Below, one piece after another: positions 51,813-61,920 of a stretch of DNA of 64,000 bases. This DNA comes from Clostridia bacterium (lineage in GTDB: Bacteria; Bacillota; Clostridia; Christensenellales; UBA1242), in assembly GCA_041670165.1 (NCBI GenBank), contig JBAXZR010000004.1:6918-70917 (forward strand), in the 5' to 3' direction. The notes under the pieces were generated by a model, which was not told the DNA's origin, did no database searches, and worked only from the letters and a program-made list of their open reading frames with translations. The position numbers and the translations under genes are program-made. Position 1 is the stretch's first letter; every line of letters starts with the position of its first letter.

Positions 51813-52047
51813 GTGTTAGGGATTTAATGAGTTTTTACTATTTTTTGGACAAATCTTTTATTTCCTCATATATTTTATCAATTAACTCTTTTTCATAACC
51901 CCTCCAGCACAAAGATACATCACTATCAACTTTTTTTGAGATATAAAACTTAAATTATTATATAGCAAACTCCATAAATCTGAAAGCAAAATATATAAGT
52001 AAAAAAAACTGAGAAAATCAGAATAAATTATTATAAGGAGATAATTT

Positions 52048-52347
52048 ATGACAAAAACACACAATTTTTATTTTGAGGGTGGAGAAATATTAAGTAAAAT
52101 ATCAGCATCTTGGTTTGTTGCGTATGCATATTATATTTATGTCGATTCTTCGTTTAGAGCTTGGGATTGTAAAATAACCACTTTAAATTTTCGCATGTCA
52201 AAGTTTGTTTGCTCTAAGCGATATCATAATATTTGGCTTGAGCAAGTATTAAAAATGGAACAATTAGATAAAAATTTAAATAGTGTTGGCTTAAATTCAT
52301 GCGAAATAAAATTTTTAGCAAATGAAATTCTTAAAAAAATCAGCTAA
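52048..52347 (+). CDS. Hypothetical protein
   Basis: 99-aa ORF with AAGGAG RBS. Confidence 0.65.
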   Translation: MTKTHNFYFEGGEILSKISASWFVAYAYYIYVDSSFRAWDCKITTLNFRMSKFVCSKRYHNIWLEQVLKMEQLDKNLNSVGLNSCEIKFLANEILKKIS

Positions 52348-52461
52348 ATATTATTTTCATAAAATCAGTGATATGAATATTTAACTTTTTTTCAATGTAA
52401 AATTTTTATTATAGAATGCATTGAAATGTTTTTCATGATACAATTTATGTTAGAGGTGAAT

Positions 52462-53013
52462 ATGGAAGAAATGCTTGATGTTTTTGATGGAAACGGAAAT
52501 TTTGTAAAAATAGTTTCAAAAAAAGAGGCTCACCAAATTGAAAATGGGAAAGTTGTCTTTCCTTATTATCATAAGAATGTTCATATTTGGTTTGTAAACG
52601 ATAAAGGAGAATGCCTTGTTCAAAAGAGAGCAGCTTGCAAAAAAAATTTACCAAACTTGTGGGATATTCCAAGTGCAGGACATGTTCAAGCGGGCGAAGA
52701 TTTGATTTCAGCATGCCAGAGAGAAACACTTGAGGAATTAGATTTAAAATTTTCAGGATCAAAATTTGAATATTGTGGCGAATTTGTGTATGAAGAAGCA
52801 AAAGAATTTACTTATCATTACATGGTTCATGACAACACCCCAATTGCAAAATTGACACTTCAAAAAGAAGAAGTTGCAGAAGCAAAATGGCTTCCTTTTG
52901 ATGAGTTTAATAAGTTTATTTATTCAAATGAATTTTGTCCTCACCCAAAAGAATACAAAGAGTTTGTTTTGAAAAACATTATGCAATTTTTAAAACAAAC
53001 CATTAATAATTGA
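52462..53013 (+). CDS. NUDIX hydrolase (IPP isomerase-like subfamily)
   Basis: HKNVHIW..LVQKRA..K...PNLWD..AGHVQAGE....ACQRETLEEL; ATG 52462 after GAGGTG. Confidence 0.88.
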   Translation: MEEMLDVFDGNGNFVKIVSKKEAHQIENGKVVFPYYHKNVHIWFVNDKGECLVQKRAACKKNLPNLWDIPSAGHVQAGEDLISACQRETLEELDLKFSGSKFEYCGEFVYEEAKEFTYHYMVHDNTPIAKLTLQKEEVAEAKWLPFDEFNKFIYSNEFCPHPKEYKEFVLKNIMQFLKQTINN

Positions 53014-54621
53014 ATGGTTGTCAATTGTCATTTTTGTTGCCGCAGGCTCTTTTGAAAGCCCCGGCATAAGCATGATTTTTCCGCAAATTACAACCAAAAA
53101 TCCTGCTCCATTTCTTATTTCAATGTCTTCAATTTCAACAACAAAATCTTTTGGAGCACCTAGCAAATGCTCATCTGCACTTAAACTATATTGAGTTTTT
53201 GCAATGATTATTGGAATTTTGTTTAGTCCTAGCTTATAAATATAATCCAAGCTTTCTTTGGATTTTTTGCTTAGAGAAATTTCTTTTCCACCATATATCT
53301 TAACAACTATATCTTTAATTTTGTTTTCAACAGACTCATTAAGGTCATACGAAAATGAAAATTTGGAATTGTCTTTTTGGCACTGTTCAATCACTTTTTC
53401 AGCCAAAATTAGTCCACCTTTTCCACCTTTTGCCCAAACTTCATTAACCACCAAATCATCACCGACAAGTTCTTTTAAAAGTGCAATTTCTTTTTGTGTG
53501 TCAGAGTCAAATTTGTTTAATGTAACAACATATGGCAATTTGAAAACATTTTTGATTGTGTCAATGTGCTTTTGCAAATTTGCGTAACCCATTTTTACTG
53601 CCTGCAAATTTTCAGTTTTGACATTTTCAATTTTTACACCACCATGCAGTTTTAATGCTCTTATGGTTGCAACAATCACCACGCAACTAGGTTTTAAATT
53701 TGCAATTCTACACTTAAAATCCAAAAACTTTTCTGCACCTAAGTCTGATCCAAATCCCGCTTCTGTAACAACGAAGTCAGCAAGTGAGCACGCCATTTTT
53801 GTGGCAACAATGCTGTTGCAACCATGTGCAATATTAGCAAAAGGACCGCAATGAATAATTGCTGGTGTTCCCTTAAGTGTTTGCACAAGATTTGGCTTCA
53901 ATGCATCATTCAACAAAATTGCCATGCTGTCTTGAGCGGATAAATCTTTGGCGTAAACAGGTTCATTTTTGTAATTTAATCCAACAATAATTTTGCCAAG
54001 TCTTTCTTTTAAGTCTTCCAAATTTTCAGCCAAACATAAAATTGCCATGACTTCGCTTGCGGCAGTAATGACAAATTTTTCTTTTCTTGGTTGTCTTCCA
54101 AAAATCTCAATTTCTCTTAATGCTCTGTCATTCATATCAAGGCATCTGTTAAACAAAACTTTGTCGGGGTTTATATTTAATGCATTCCCTTGAAAAATAT
54201 GGTTATCAATCAATGCACATAGCAAATTGTTGGCTGAAGTTATGGCATGAAAATCACCATTGAAATGCAAATTTATATCTTCCATTGGAACGACTTGGCT
54301 TAATCCACCACCAGTTGCTCCGCCTTTAACTCCAAAAACAGGACCAAGAGAAGGCTCTCTAAGTGCCAAACAGACTTTTTTATGTAAAATAGACAAAGCA
54401 TCAGCAAGTCCAATTGAAACAGTTGTTTTGCCTTCTCCAGCTTTTGTTGGATTGATTGCAGTAACCAAAATTAGATTTGATTTTTTAGTTGCAACTTTTT
54501 TATCGATTTTTGCCTTGTATTTTCCATACAAAATCAAATCGCTTTCAGTTAAACCTAGTTTTTTTGCAATGGTTACAATTTTCTTTGGTTTATAATTTCT
54601 TGCAATTTCAATATCTGTCAT
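52990..54621 (-). CDS. fhs: Formate--tetrahydrofolate ligase
   Basis: TAINPTKAGEGKTT, LREPSLGP, KGGATGGG, HCGPFANIAHG, TEAGFGSDLGAEKF, MPGL. Confidence 0.98.
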   Translation of the reverse strand: MTDIEIARNYKPKKIVTIAKKLGLTESDLILYGKYKAKIDKKVATKKSNLILVTAINPTKAGEGKTTVSIGLADALSILHKKVCLALREPSLGPVFGVKGGATGGGLSQVVPMEDINLHFNGDFHAITSANNLLCALIDNHIFQGNALNINPDKVLFNRCLDMNDRALREIEIFGRQPRKEKFVITAASEVMAILCLAENLEDLKERLGKIIVGLNYKNEPVYAKDLSAQDSMAILLNDALKPNLVQTLKGTPAIIHCGPFANIAHGCNSIVATKMACSLADFVVTEAGFGSDLGAEKFLDFKCRIANLKPSCVVIVATIRALKLHGGVKIENVKTENLQAVKMGYANLQKHIDTIKNVFKLPYVVTLNKFDSDTQKEIALLKELVGDDLVVNEVWAKGGKGGLILAEKVIEQCQKDNSKFSFSYDLNESVENKIKDIVVKIYGGKEISLSKKSKESLDYIYKLGLNKIPIIIAKTQYSLSADEHLLGAPKDFVVEIEDIEIRNGAGFLVVICGKIMLMPGLSKEPAATKMTIDNHSIINGLF

Positions 54622-54834
54622 TCTTGGAACTCCTTAATTAAAAAAAATTATATCACAAACAAATGAGCAAGCAAAATCTTAAAACAAAAATTTACTTTTT
54701 CTAGTCCATTTTGGAATTTTTTTTTAATTTGTCAGTCTGTTTTTAATCAAAGAATTTCATGTTTTGTTTTTGAAGAATAATTATTTTGACATTTTTTTGA
54801 TGAAAAGGATATAAAGAAATGTTGGAGAGATTGT

Positions 54835-55326
54835 ATGCTCACTGAAATTAAATATAACCGTGAAAAAGTGTTTAATTATGCTAAGAAATGGGCTTATAAA
54901 AGAAATCCTGAATATCTAAACTTTGACGAATATGGTGGAGATTGCACAAATTTTGCTTCTCAATGTTTGCTTGCGGGTTCTTCTGTTATGAACTTTATAC
55001 CGATTATGGGTTGGTATTATCTAAATGCGTATAACAGAACTCCATCATGGACAAGTGCTGAAGCTTTAGGACAATTTTTGTTAAATAATAAGGGGCAAGG
55101 ACCTTATGCCGTTGCAGTATATCCAAATGAAATACAAATTGGAGATATTGTGCAATTACAAGATTCTTCAGGAACACATTATCACTCTTTTATTATTTGT
55201 GGGGTTACGAGAAATGAAATATATGTTGCAGGACACAGTGAAGATAGGTGGATGTATCCCTTATCTAATTACAAATTTGTAAATTTTAGATTTATTCATA
55301 TAACAAACGCAAGAAAAGAAAAATAA
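54835..55326 (+). CDS. Putative amidase (Amidase_6 / YhbB-like)
   Basis: YNREK...YA.KW...RNP.Y..F...GGDCTNFASQCL.AG..GDIVQL..HS. Confidence 0.85.
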   Translation: MLTEIKYNREKVFNYAKKWAYKRNPEYLNFDEYGGDCTNFASQCLLAGSSVMNFIPIMGWYYLNAYNRTPSWTSAEALGQFLLNNKGQGPYAVAVYPNEIQIGDIVQLQDSSGTHYHSFIICGVTRNEIYVAGHSEDRWMYPLSNYKFVNFRFIHITNARKEK

Positions 55327-55604
55327 ATTTAAAATTTGAATAGTATGAGATTAAATAAATTCCATTGTAATATTTCACAATTTGAAGTTTAATCATAATA
55401 ATTTTTTTTAAAAAATTATAAGAATCATTTTTTAGTAGATATTAGATATTTTAAATGTGTAACTAAAAAATTAAACATATATTTACATATTAAATTATAT
55501 ATCAAAAAAATTCTTATACACAAAAATGAAAAATTAACATAATTTTATATATTGTCATTTTCTTTATATCTAATATCATATTAAATATAATTAAGGAGAT
55601 AAAT

Positions 55605-56336
55605 ATGAAATTGTTGTTTAAGTTTATTGCATTTATTATCGTTTTGGCAGTGTTTGGTGCTGTTGAATTTGTTTTTGTTGCAAACAGATTTGCCATGCTT
55701 GCAGTTTTCAATCAAGACAGAGCAAGATGCACTGAAATAATTCAGGACTCATACAAAATTTATGAGGACAATTCTTTTTATGACATAACTTTTGATTTTG
55801 CAAATGAAAACACTGAAGAAGGAAACACGGATTATTCAAAAGGTCAAATTGTTTTGAAATATGCAAAAATTGATACAACAACAACAAATTTTATCACAAC
55901 AACAAAGATTGAATCCCGAACATCTGGAACAGTAACGAGTGATGAATACACTTTGTACTATAAAGATGGTGTGTTGTACAAAAATGATGAAGGTGTAAAG
56001 ACTCAGCAAACCAAAACTTTGTCAGAAGCAAGTTCTGAAATTGGTATTGGATTTTATGCTTTATATTTAACACCAGCACTATTAACTTTTGATGATTCAA
56101 ATCCAATGAATGCAACTATGTGCTTTGAGTTCAAACCTTTCTATGTTGGACAATTGTTTACATACAACACTGAAAATGCTGATTTCAAATTTTCTGTTGA
56201 TTATTTTGGAAATTTAAGAAAATATGTTGTTGATGGTCAAACAACTTCAAATGCTTACACCACAACTTCTGTATACAATGGTTTCACTGCACCAACCTTG
56301 GTTTTTCCAGAAGATTTAAGCACTTATGGAGCCTAA
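55605..56336 (+). CDS. Hypothetical exported or membrane-anchored protein
   Basis: N-terminal hydrophobic signal/anchor; AAGGAG RBS. Confidence 0.7.
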   Translation: MKLLFKFIAFIIVLAVFGAVEFVFVANRFAMLAVFNQDRARCTEIIQDSYKIYEDNSFYDITFDFANENTEEGNTDYSKGQIVLKYAKIDTTTTNFITTTKIESRTSGTVTSDEYTLYYKDGVLYKNDEGVKTQQTKTLSEASSEIGIGFYALYLTPALLTFDDSNPMNATMCFEFKPFYVGQLFTYNTENADFKFSVDYFGNLRKYVVDGQTTSNAYTTTSVYNGFTAPTLVFPEDLSTYGA

Positions 56337-56591
56337 TATTGGAGAAAATATTTATATTCATTAAAAAAAATAAACATATTGATGTTAATTAATAATATTG
56401 ATAATATAATTCATTTTTTATCTAATAAAAATAAAAATATCAAACCACAGGATAGAAATTTTAAAACCAACACAAAATTCTTTTGAAACAAATTTACTTA
56501 TACAAGTTAAAAGGATAGTCATAATCTAAATTGAAAAATTTAGATAGGTTTTGCTGACACAAAAGAGCAAATTATATGATATTATTAAAGC

Positions 56592-57155
56592 ATGAGTTTT
56601 GAAAAATACTACAAGCTAGTTGAAGAACAAGCAAAAGCACACGATAAACAACAAAATTGCAATATTGGACAAACATGGAAATACCATTTGTTTCCTGTAA
56701 TTAAGAACGCCTGTTTTTTGGCAGAAAAATATGGAGCAAATAAAGATATTGTTGAAGTTGCTTCAATTTTTCATGATTATGCAGACTTGATTGATTATGC
56801 CAACAATGATAATCATCATGTTTTAGGGGCAGAACTTGCTGGGGAAATTTTGCTTAAAGATGGCCATGATAAATCATTTGTTGAACATGTGCAAAAATGT
56901 ATTTATAATCATAGAGCAAGTGTGGTTAAAGACAAGTTTAGTATGGAAGAAATATGTGTTGCTGATGCAGATGCAATGAGTCACCTAGACAATTTTGTTG
57001 AGCTTTTGCTTTGGAGAGGCTATATTTGTGAAAGTGTTGAAAAAGCAAACAATTTTGTGAAAAGAAAAATTGAAAAAAGTTATGCAAAAATGAGTGAGCA
57101 AACAAAACTACTTATGAAAGATAAATATGATGCAATTATGAAAGTTCTTTTGTAA
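56592..57155 (+). CDS. HD-domain phosphohydrolase
   Basis: YH...V...LA...GA...IVE.A..FHD..HH..GA..ADADA. Confidence 0.85.
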   Translation: MSFEKYYKLVEEQAKAHDKQQNCNIGQTWKYHLFPVIKNACFLAEKYGANKDIVEVASIFHDYADLIDYANNDNHHVLGAELAGEILLKDGHDKSFVEHVQKCIYNHRASVVKDKFSMEEICVADADAMSHLDNFVELLLWRGYICESVEKANNFVKRKIEKSYAKMSEQTKLLMKDKYDAIMKVLL

Positions 57156-57251
57156 TCTTATTATATTTTAACCGCAAAATCTGAACATAAACATACAAAT
57201 TTTATAATTGTAATATGTTATTATATATTTTTTTATTTTAAGGAGTTATTA

Positions 57252-57833
57252 ATGAATAATTTATCCAAAAACAATAGGGATTTAAGCAAAAAAACGCAAA
57301 TTGAAAATATGGAAACAAAAATGGAAAATCATTCAAACAATCTTTTAATTAATAAAATGAAAATTTCAAATCTGGAATCAAAAAAAGAAAAACTTGTTTG
57401 TGATTTATATGTTTGCGACAATCTTAAAAAAACTCCGATAAATATGATTAATGCAATATATCCCGTTGAAAAAATTAAAAAAACACATTGGTCCAGAAAA
57501 ATAATGGCAATTCCATTATACATTTTAACTTTTCCTGTAACTTTTAGTGGCGTTTTTGCTGCCACAACTTTTTGTGCATTTCCAGCAAGTATAAGTCATT
57601 ATTTTGTGAGCAAAAATTTGAAAAAAGTTGAGATTAAAATTAAGGACTTGAAAAAAGATAATGAATGTCTTAATGCAAAAATTGATGCTTTAAAACTAGT
57701 AGAAAACAAAATAAATAATGAAATTTCAATAGAAAAAATTAATCATCAAACACTTGACAAACCAACAATAATTTCTAGCAAAGTTAAATGTGAGAAATTA
57801 AACAAAAATTCTGACAAAGATATGAGTTTGTAA
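57252..57833 (+). CDS. Hypothetical coiled-coil membrane protein
   Basis: Central hydrophobic hairpin flanked by K/N/E-rich coils; AAGGAG RBS. Confidence 0.7.
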   Translation: MNNLSKNNRDLSKKTQIENMETKMENHSNNLLINKMKISNLESKKEKLVCDLYVCDNLKKTPINMINAIYPVEKIKKTHWSRKIMAIPLYILTFPVTFSGVFAATTFCAFPASISHYFVSKNLKKVEIKIKDLKKDNECLNAKIDALKLVENKINNEISIEKINHQTLDKPTIISSKVKCEKLNKNSDKDMSL

Positions 57834-57857
57834 AGGTTCGTTATTAGAACCTTTTTT
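57832..57857 (+). terminator. Rho-independent terminator
   Basis: AAAGGTTC...GAACCTTTTTT. Confidence 0.7.
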
Positions 57858-57992
57858 ATTTTTTTTAACAACTATAAATTCTTTTTTAATTTGAAATTCA
57901 AATCACAAATATTGTACAACCTTTGCTCATTTAAAATTTTTATGGTATAAATAGTGGCAAACATTTTTTAAATTACATACAAAGGATAGATT

Positions 57993-58982
57993 ATGGAAAA
58001 TATTTTTGGATTTGAAGGAACTTATACCGAAGCTGTTAAATATATGTTTAACACAAATCATATTTTGCTTGTGCTTTTGGTTGCTGCGTTTATTGTAACT
58101 TTGTACTTTGCGCTTTGCTCCAAAACCGAAAAGGGCAAGAAAATTACAAAGCTTGCACTAGCTGTTGTGTTAATTTCTCTCGAGCTTGGCAGAATTGCGT
58201 TCAGGTTTGGACTTGATGCTTTCAATGGTGTTGAACCAAATCTCGCTCGCTCTTTAACAATCATTTCTTTTCAAATGTGTGCAATCATGACTTGGACAAC
58301 CGCAATAACACTTATTGTTAGTGCTTTCAAGAAAAAGCAAGGCAAAGTTATGCAATGCATGTTTAACATTTTGTTTGGTGGTGCTTTGGTTGGTGGAGTT
58401 TTAACATTTGCATATCCAGACTGCATTCATGGTTTGTACCCACTCTATCATTTTTATAATGTTCAAACAATAGTAGTTCATGCTCTTTTAATCTTTGTTC
58501 CTTTGTATTTGTCTAAGATTAAAGAATTTAAAGTTGAAATTAAAAACATTTGGAAACCACTTGTTGGCTTTATTGGTGTTGGAAGCATTTCAATGACAGC
58601 ATCTCAGTTTTGCGGTGCAACTTTTGCCTATTCACTTAGATGCAATTTGCTTGAATCAGTTGGATTAAACATTCCATTCCCATGGCATCTTTTGGTTGTG
58701 TTTGGAATTGTTTATGTTTTGACAATAATATTGTATGTTGCTTTTGGAATAAGAAAAAGGCATACTGAAACAATGGAAATCAAAAAGACATTCCTTTCAA
58801 AATTACTTAAATTTGTTGCAATTGTTGGTGGTGTTTTGTTTGTGTGTTTGATTCCTTACTTGGCTTTTGGAAGCACTCCAATTCTTAATTACTCAGCTTT
58901 TATTTGTCTGTTTCCAATCTTGTTTACAACAATTCTTTTAATTATTTCAGAAAAACCTAACAAACAAAAATTAGCAAAATAA
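57993..58982 (+). CDS. YwaF/TMEM164-family integral membrane protein
   Basis: F...HI.LV, FQMC, ..YPD, H.LL and multiple TM segments. Confidence 0.7.
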   Translation: MENIFGFEGTYTEAVKYMFNTNHILLVLLVAAFIVTLYFALCSKTEKGKKITKLALAVVLISLELGRIAFRFGLDAFNGVEPNLARSLTIISFQMCAIMTWTTAITLIVSAFKKKQGKVMQCMFNILFGGALVGGVLTFAYPDCIHGLYPLYHFYNVQTIVVHALLIFVPLYLSKIKEFKVEIKNIWKPLVGFIGVGSISMTASQFCGATFAYSLRCNLLESVGLNIPFPWHLLVVFGIVYVLTIILYVAFGIRKRHTETMEIKKTFLSKLLKFVAIVGGVLFVCLIPYLAFGSTPILNYSAFICLFPILFTTILLIISEKPNKQKLAK

Positions 58983-59250
58983 ATAGTAAAAATCTCTTTT
59001 TCTTTAGAAACCCTTTGTGGGTAACAATAGAAATTAAGAGATTTTTTTGTATTTAAAAAAGAGTAAAAATTATGGTGAAAAGTAAAATAAAAACCTACAT
59101 AACAAGTCAGATTAAAAAATTATAAATCATAAATTAAAAAATGTAAAAATTAAAGTATTAAAAAATATTAGAAATAGTAATAAATTTAAAAATTAATTGC
59201 ATAGCAAATAATATTCTTTTCTTAAGCATTTTATTATTTAGTAAATATGT

Positions 59251-59280
59251 GTTTGATTATTTAAAAAATTGTTAACAATA
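59251..59280 (+). promoter_or_regulatory. SigF/SigG-like forespore promoter candidate
   Basis: GTTTG-15 nt-GTTAACAATA vs the sigF-type consensus GYWTA-N15-GgnnAnAHTw; ends 4 nt before the ATG. Confidence 0.4.
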
Positions 59281-59284
59281 AAAC

Positions 59285-60730
59285 ATGAGTTCAATTTGGG
59301 AAAATGTTAAAGTTGAGGGTGGAAAACCACTTAAACAAAATATTGAAAGAGATATTGTTGTTATTGGCGGAGGAATTGCAGGTATTTTAACGGCTTTTCA
59401 ACTTTCTGAAAAAGGAGAAAAAGTTACTCTTGTTGAGGCAAAACCAAATCTTTGTGAAGGTGTTACAAAAAATACAACCGCACACATAACAGCACATCAA
59501 GGTCCAATCTATTCAAATTTAAAGGCAAAACATTCCTTAGATTACGCCAAAAAGTATTTTCAGTCGCAATTAGATGCAATTGATGAATATGAAAAATTGA
59601 TTAACAATTATAATATTGATTGCGATTTTAAAAGAGTTGATGCTTACTTGTTTTCTAGAGGTGAAACAAAAGATTTACAAAATGAATTTAAAACATTATT
59701 AAGCATTGATGCTAAGCCAGAATATGTTATTCCAAAAATAAATCTGGAAATGACAAAAGCTATTTTGATTAAAAATCAAGCCATTTTTCATCCATTAAAA
59801 TTTTTAAATTCACTGCCTAAAAAATTTGAAATTTATACTTCTACTTGTATTATTGATGTTGATTTAAACAAAAAACTTTTGTTTACAGAAAAATTTGTTA
59901 TAAAAGCAAACAAAATCATTTTTGCCACAAACTATCCAATTGTTAATGTTAGGGGTAGTTATTTTATCAAGCTTTATAAATCTTCTTCATATGCAATTTC
60001 CACAAATGAAATTGTTGATATTGGTGGCATTTTCAATGAAGATATTGGTGAAGGAATCACACTTAGAAATTATGGAAGACAAATTATAATTGGCGGGCTA
60101 GATCATAGAACAGGAAGAATGAAAACATGTGAAGCGTTTGAAACACTTGAAAAAACTGCTAGTCAATGCTACAAAAATGCGGAAATTGAAAACAGGTGGG
60201 ACGCAAACGACACAATGACAAGTGATGAAGTGCCGTTAATTGGACAATTTGATTTGAAACATAAAGATATTTATATTATAACTGGTTTCAACAAATGGGG
60301 CATGGCTAATGCAATGATTGGTTCTCTTCTCATTGTTGACTTGGTTCAATCCTTGCAAAGCAAATATGCTGACATTTTTTGTCCACAAAGGCACAAATTT
60401 AAGCTAGGATTCTTTTTTGCAAACATGGGAGTTGTTATCAAAGATTTGTTGTTTAAACCACTTTCTATACCTTTTAATTCCTACAAAAATCTTAAGCCAG
60501 ATACTGGCGATATTGTTTCGTATCACGGAAGAAAAAGAGCAGTTTATAAAGATAAAAATGGAAAACTTTTTGTTTGCAAACCATATTGTAAACATTTAGG
60601 TTGTCAGCTTCAATTTAATTCCAACACAAAAACATGGGATTGTCCTTGCCATGGTTCTCGATATGATTTGAATGGAAAAATAATTTGTTCACCAACTGTA
60701 AAAAATCTTGAATCAAAAAACAATTCATAA
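59285..60730 (+). CDS. FAD-dependent oxidoreductase with C-terminal Rieske 2Fe-2S domain (YhfW-like)
   Basis: VIGGGIAG, GVTKNTTAHIT, TGFNKWGM, CKHLGC..WDCPCHGSRY. Confidence 0.92.
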   Translation: MSSIWENVKVEGGKPLKQNIERDIVVIGGGIAGILTAFQLSEKGEKVTLVEAKPNLCEGVTKNTTAHITAHQGPIYSNLKAKHSLDYAKKYFQSQLDAIDEYEKLINNYNIDCDFKRVDAYLFSRGETKDLQNEFKTLLSIDAKPEYVIPKINLEMTKAILIKNQAIFHPLKFLNSLPKKFEIYTSTCIIDVDLNKKLLFTEKFVIKANKIIFATNYPIVNVRGSYFIKLYKSSSYAISTNEIVDIGGIFNEDIGEGITLRNYGRQIIIGGLDHRTGRMKTCEAFETLEKTASQCYKNAEIENRWDANDTMTSDEVPLIGQFDLKHKDIYIITGFNKWGMANAMIGSLLIVDLVQSLQSKYADIFCPQRHKFKLGFFFANMGVVIKDLLFKPLSIPFNSYKNLKPDTGDIVSYHGRKRAVYKDKNGKLFVCKPYCKHLGCQLQFNSNTKTWDCPCHGSRYDLNGKIICSPTVKNLESKNNS

Positions 60731-60848
60731 AAACTTGTCAAAACAAATAGAATATTTTTAATGGCTATATTTTTTGGCTTAGCCACTCTTGACTATCATT
60801 AATTGTATGATAGTATATATCTATACGAATTTTTAGGTGGTATGGTAC

Positions 60849-61886
60849 ATGACAAGTTTTTTTAAATTATTTAATAAAAAAAGTAATAATACAGGTTTGA
60901 AAAATGAAACTTCAATGATTTATGATGTGAATGTTTTCCAGCATTTTAACAATCAACCTGATTTACACTCTACTTTAAGAAGTAAAGGTATAAATTTTTA
61001 TAGAAATTTTGGAAATAGAGATATTATTAATTTTGAAATTAATGATTATATTTTTTCTGAGAACACAATCAAAATTGATAGTAGAATTTTGAACGATATC
61101 ACAAAGTTTCTTGTCAAATTCAATTCTTTAACAAATGGCAAAGTTGACTTGAATAAAGAAATAATTTATACCGTTGCATACATTCTTCACAACGGACAAT
61201 ACACATTTGATGGCAAAAATTTTGTTGGTAAATATAAAAAAAGAGACGATAAAGGTGTTCAACTTTTTATTTCAGAAAACGAAAATGGTTTTAGCATAAA
61301 AAAAGAAAGCCTTAGCAGAGATTTTGACGAAGTTATTTCAGAAAAAAATATAGAAGTTACGCATGATGATTATTTAACCAATATTAAGATTGAAAACTCA
61401 AATTCTTGTCTTATGAATTCCTTTTCTTACGACTCAAGGAAAAATGTAGCAATGTTTCAAAATGTAAATCTTGGAATTCAAATCAATAATGAAAACATTT
61501 CAATTGTCAATGGAACAGAAATTAGAAGACAAAGCATTGAAAAGAAATATGACTATATTTGCTTAAATGGAAAGGCTGTAAAAAGAGAAGATGTGGATTT
61601 TTCAAATTTTGTTGTAACCAAAAATTTTTATAGAGCTGGAGATTACATACTCTCAAAGAGAATAGAAGAACATGATTTTCCAAATGGCTTAAGTAAACCA
61701 GCCCATATTGAAAGTGCTTATATCATGAAAGACAATCAAGAGAAAGAAATTGAAGGTGAAGTTGGAAACTTTTTTCCACTAGAACAATTTAAGCCAGCTT
61801 TGGAAGGCACAATCTCGCTTGACCAAGTTTACAAACTTTTATTTATTAAAAATGCTGTTAGAAAATTAATACATAAAAATAATTAA
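60849..61886 (+). CDS. Hypothetical protein
   Basis: Long ORF; ATG 60849 after AGGTGG; upstream TTGACT..TGATAGTAT promoter. Confidence 0.7.
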   Translation: MTSFFKLFNKKSNNTGLKNETSMIYDVNVFQHFNNQPDLHSTLRSKGINFYRNFGNRDIINFEINDYIFSENTIKIDSRILNDITKFLVKFNSLTNGKVDLNKEIIYTVAYILHNGQYTFDGKNFVGKYKKRDDKGVQLFISENENGFSIKKESLSRDFDEVISEKNIEVTHDDYLTNIKIENSNSCLMNSFSYDSRKNVAMFQNVNLGIQINNENISIVNGTEIRRQSIEKKYDYICLNGKAVKREDVDFSNFVVTKNFYRAGDYILSKRIEEHDFPNGLSKPAHIESAYIMKDNQEKEIEGEVGNFFPLEQFKPALEGTISLDQVYKLLFIKNAVRKLIHKNN

Positions 61887-61920
61887 CATATTATTGTTAA
61901 TAATATTAAAGGAGAATTTT

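Noticed and set aside
45975..51825. Intact prophage or ICE at tRNA-Ser
   Set aside because: There are no integrase, structural or conjugation genes, only scars and cargo.
52990..53013. 24-bp convergent overlap of the NUDIX gene and fhs
   Set aside because: Short tail-to-tail overlaps are common and nothing suggests a function.
54622..54700. THF or ZTP riboswitch upstream of fhs
   Set aside because: A TGaTATAAT promoter lies only about 28 nt before the start, leaving no room for an aptamer.
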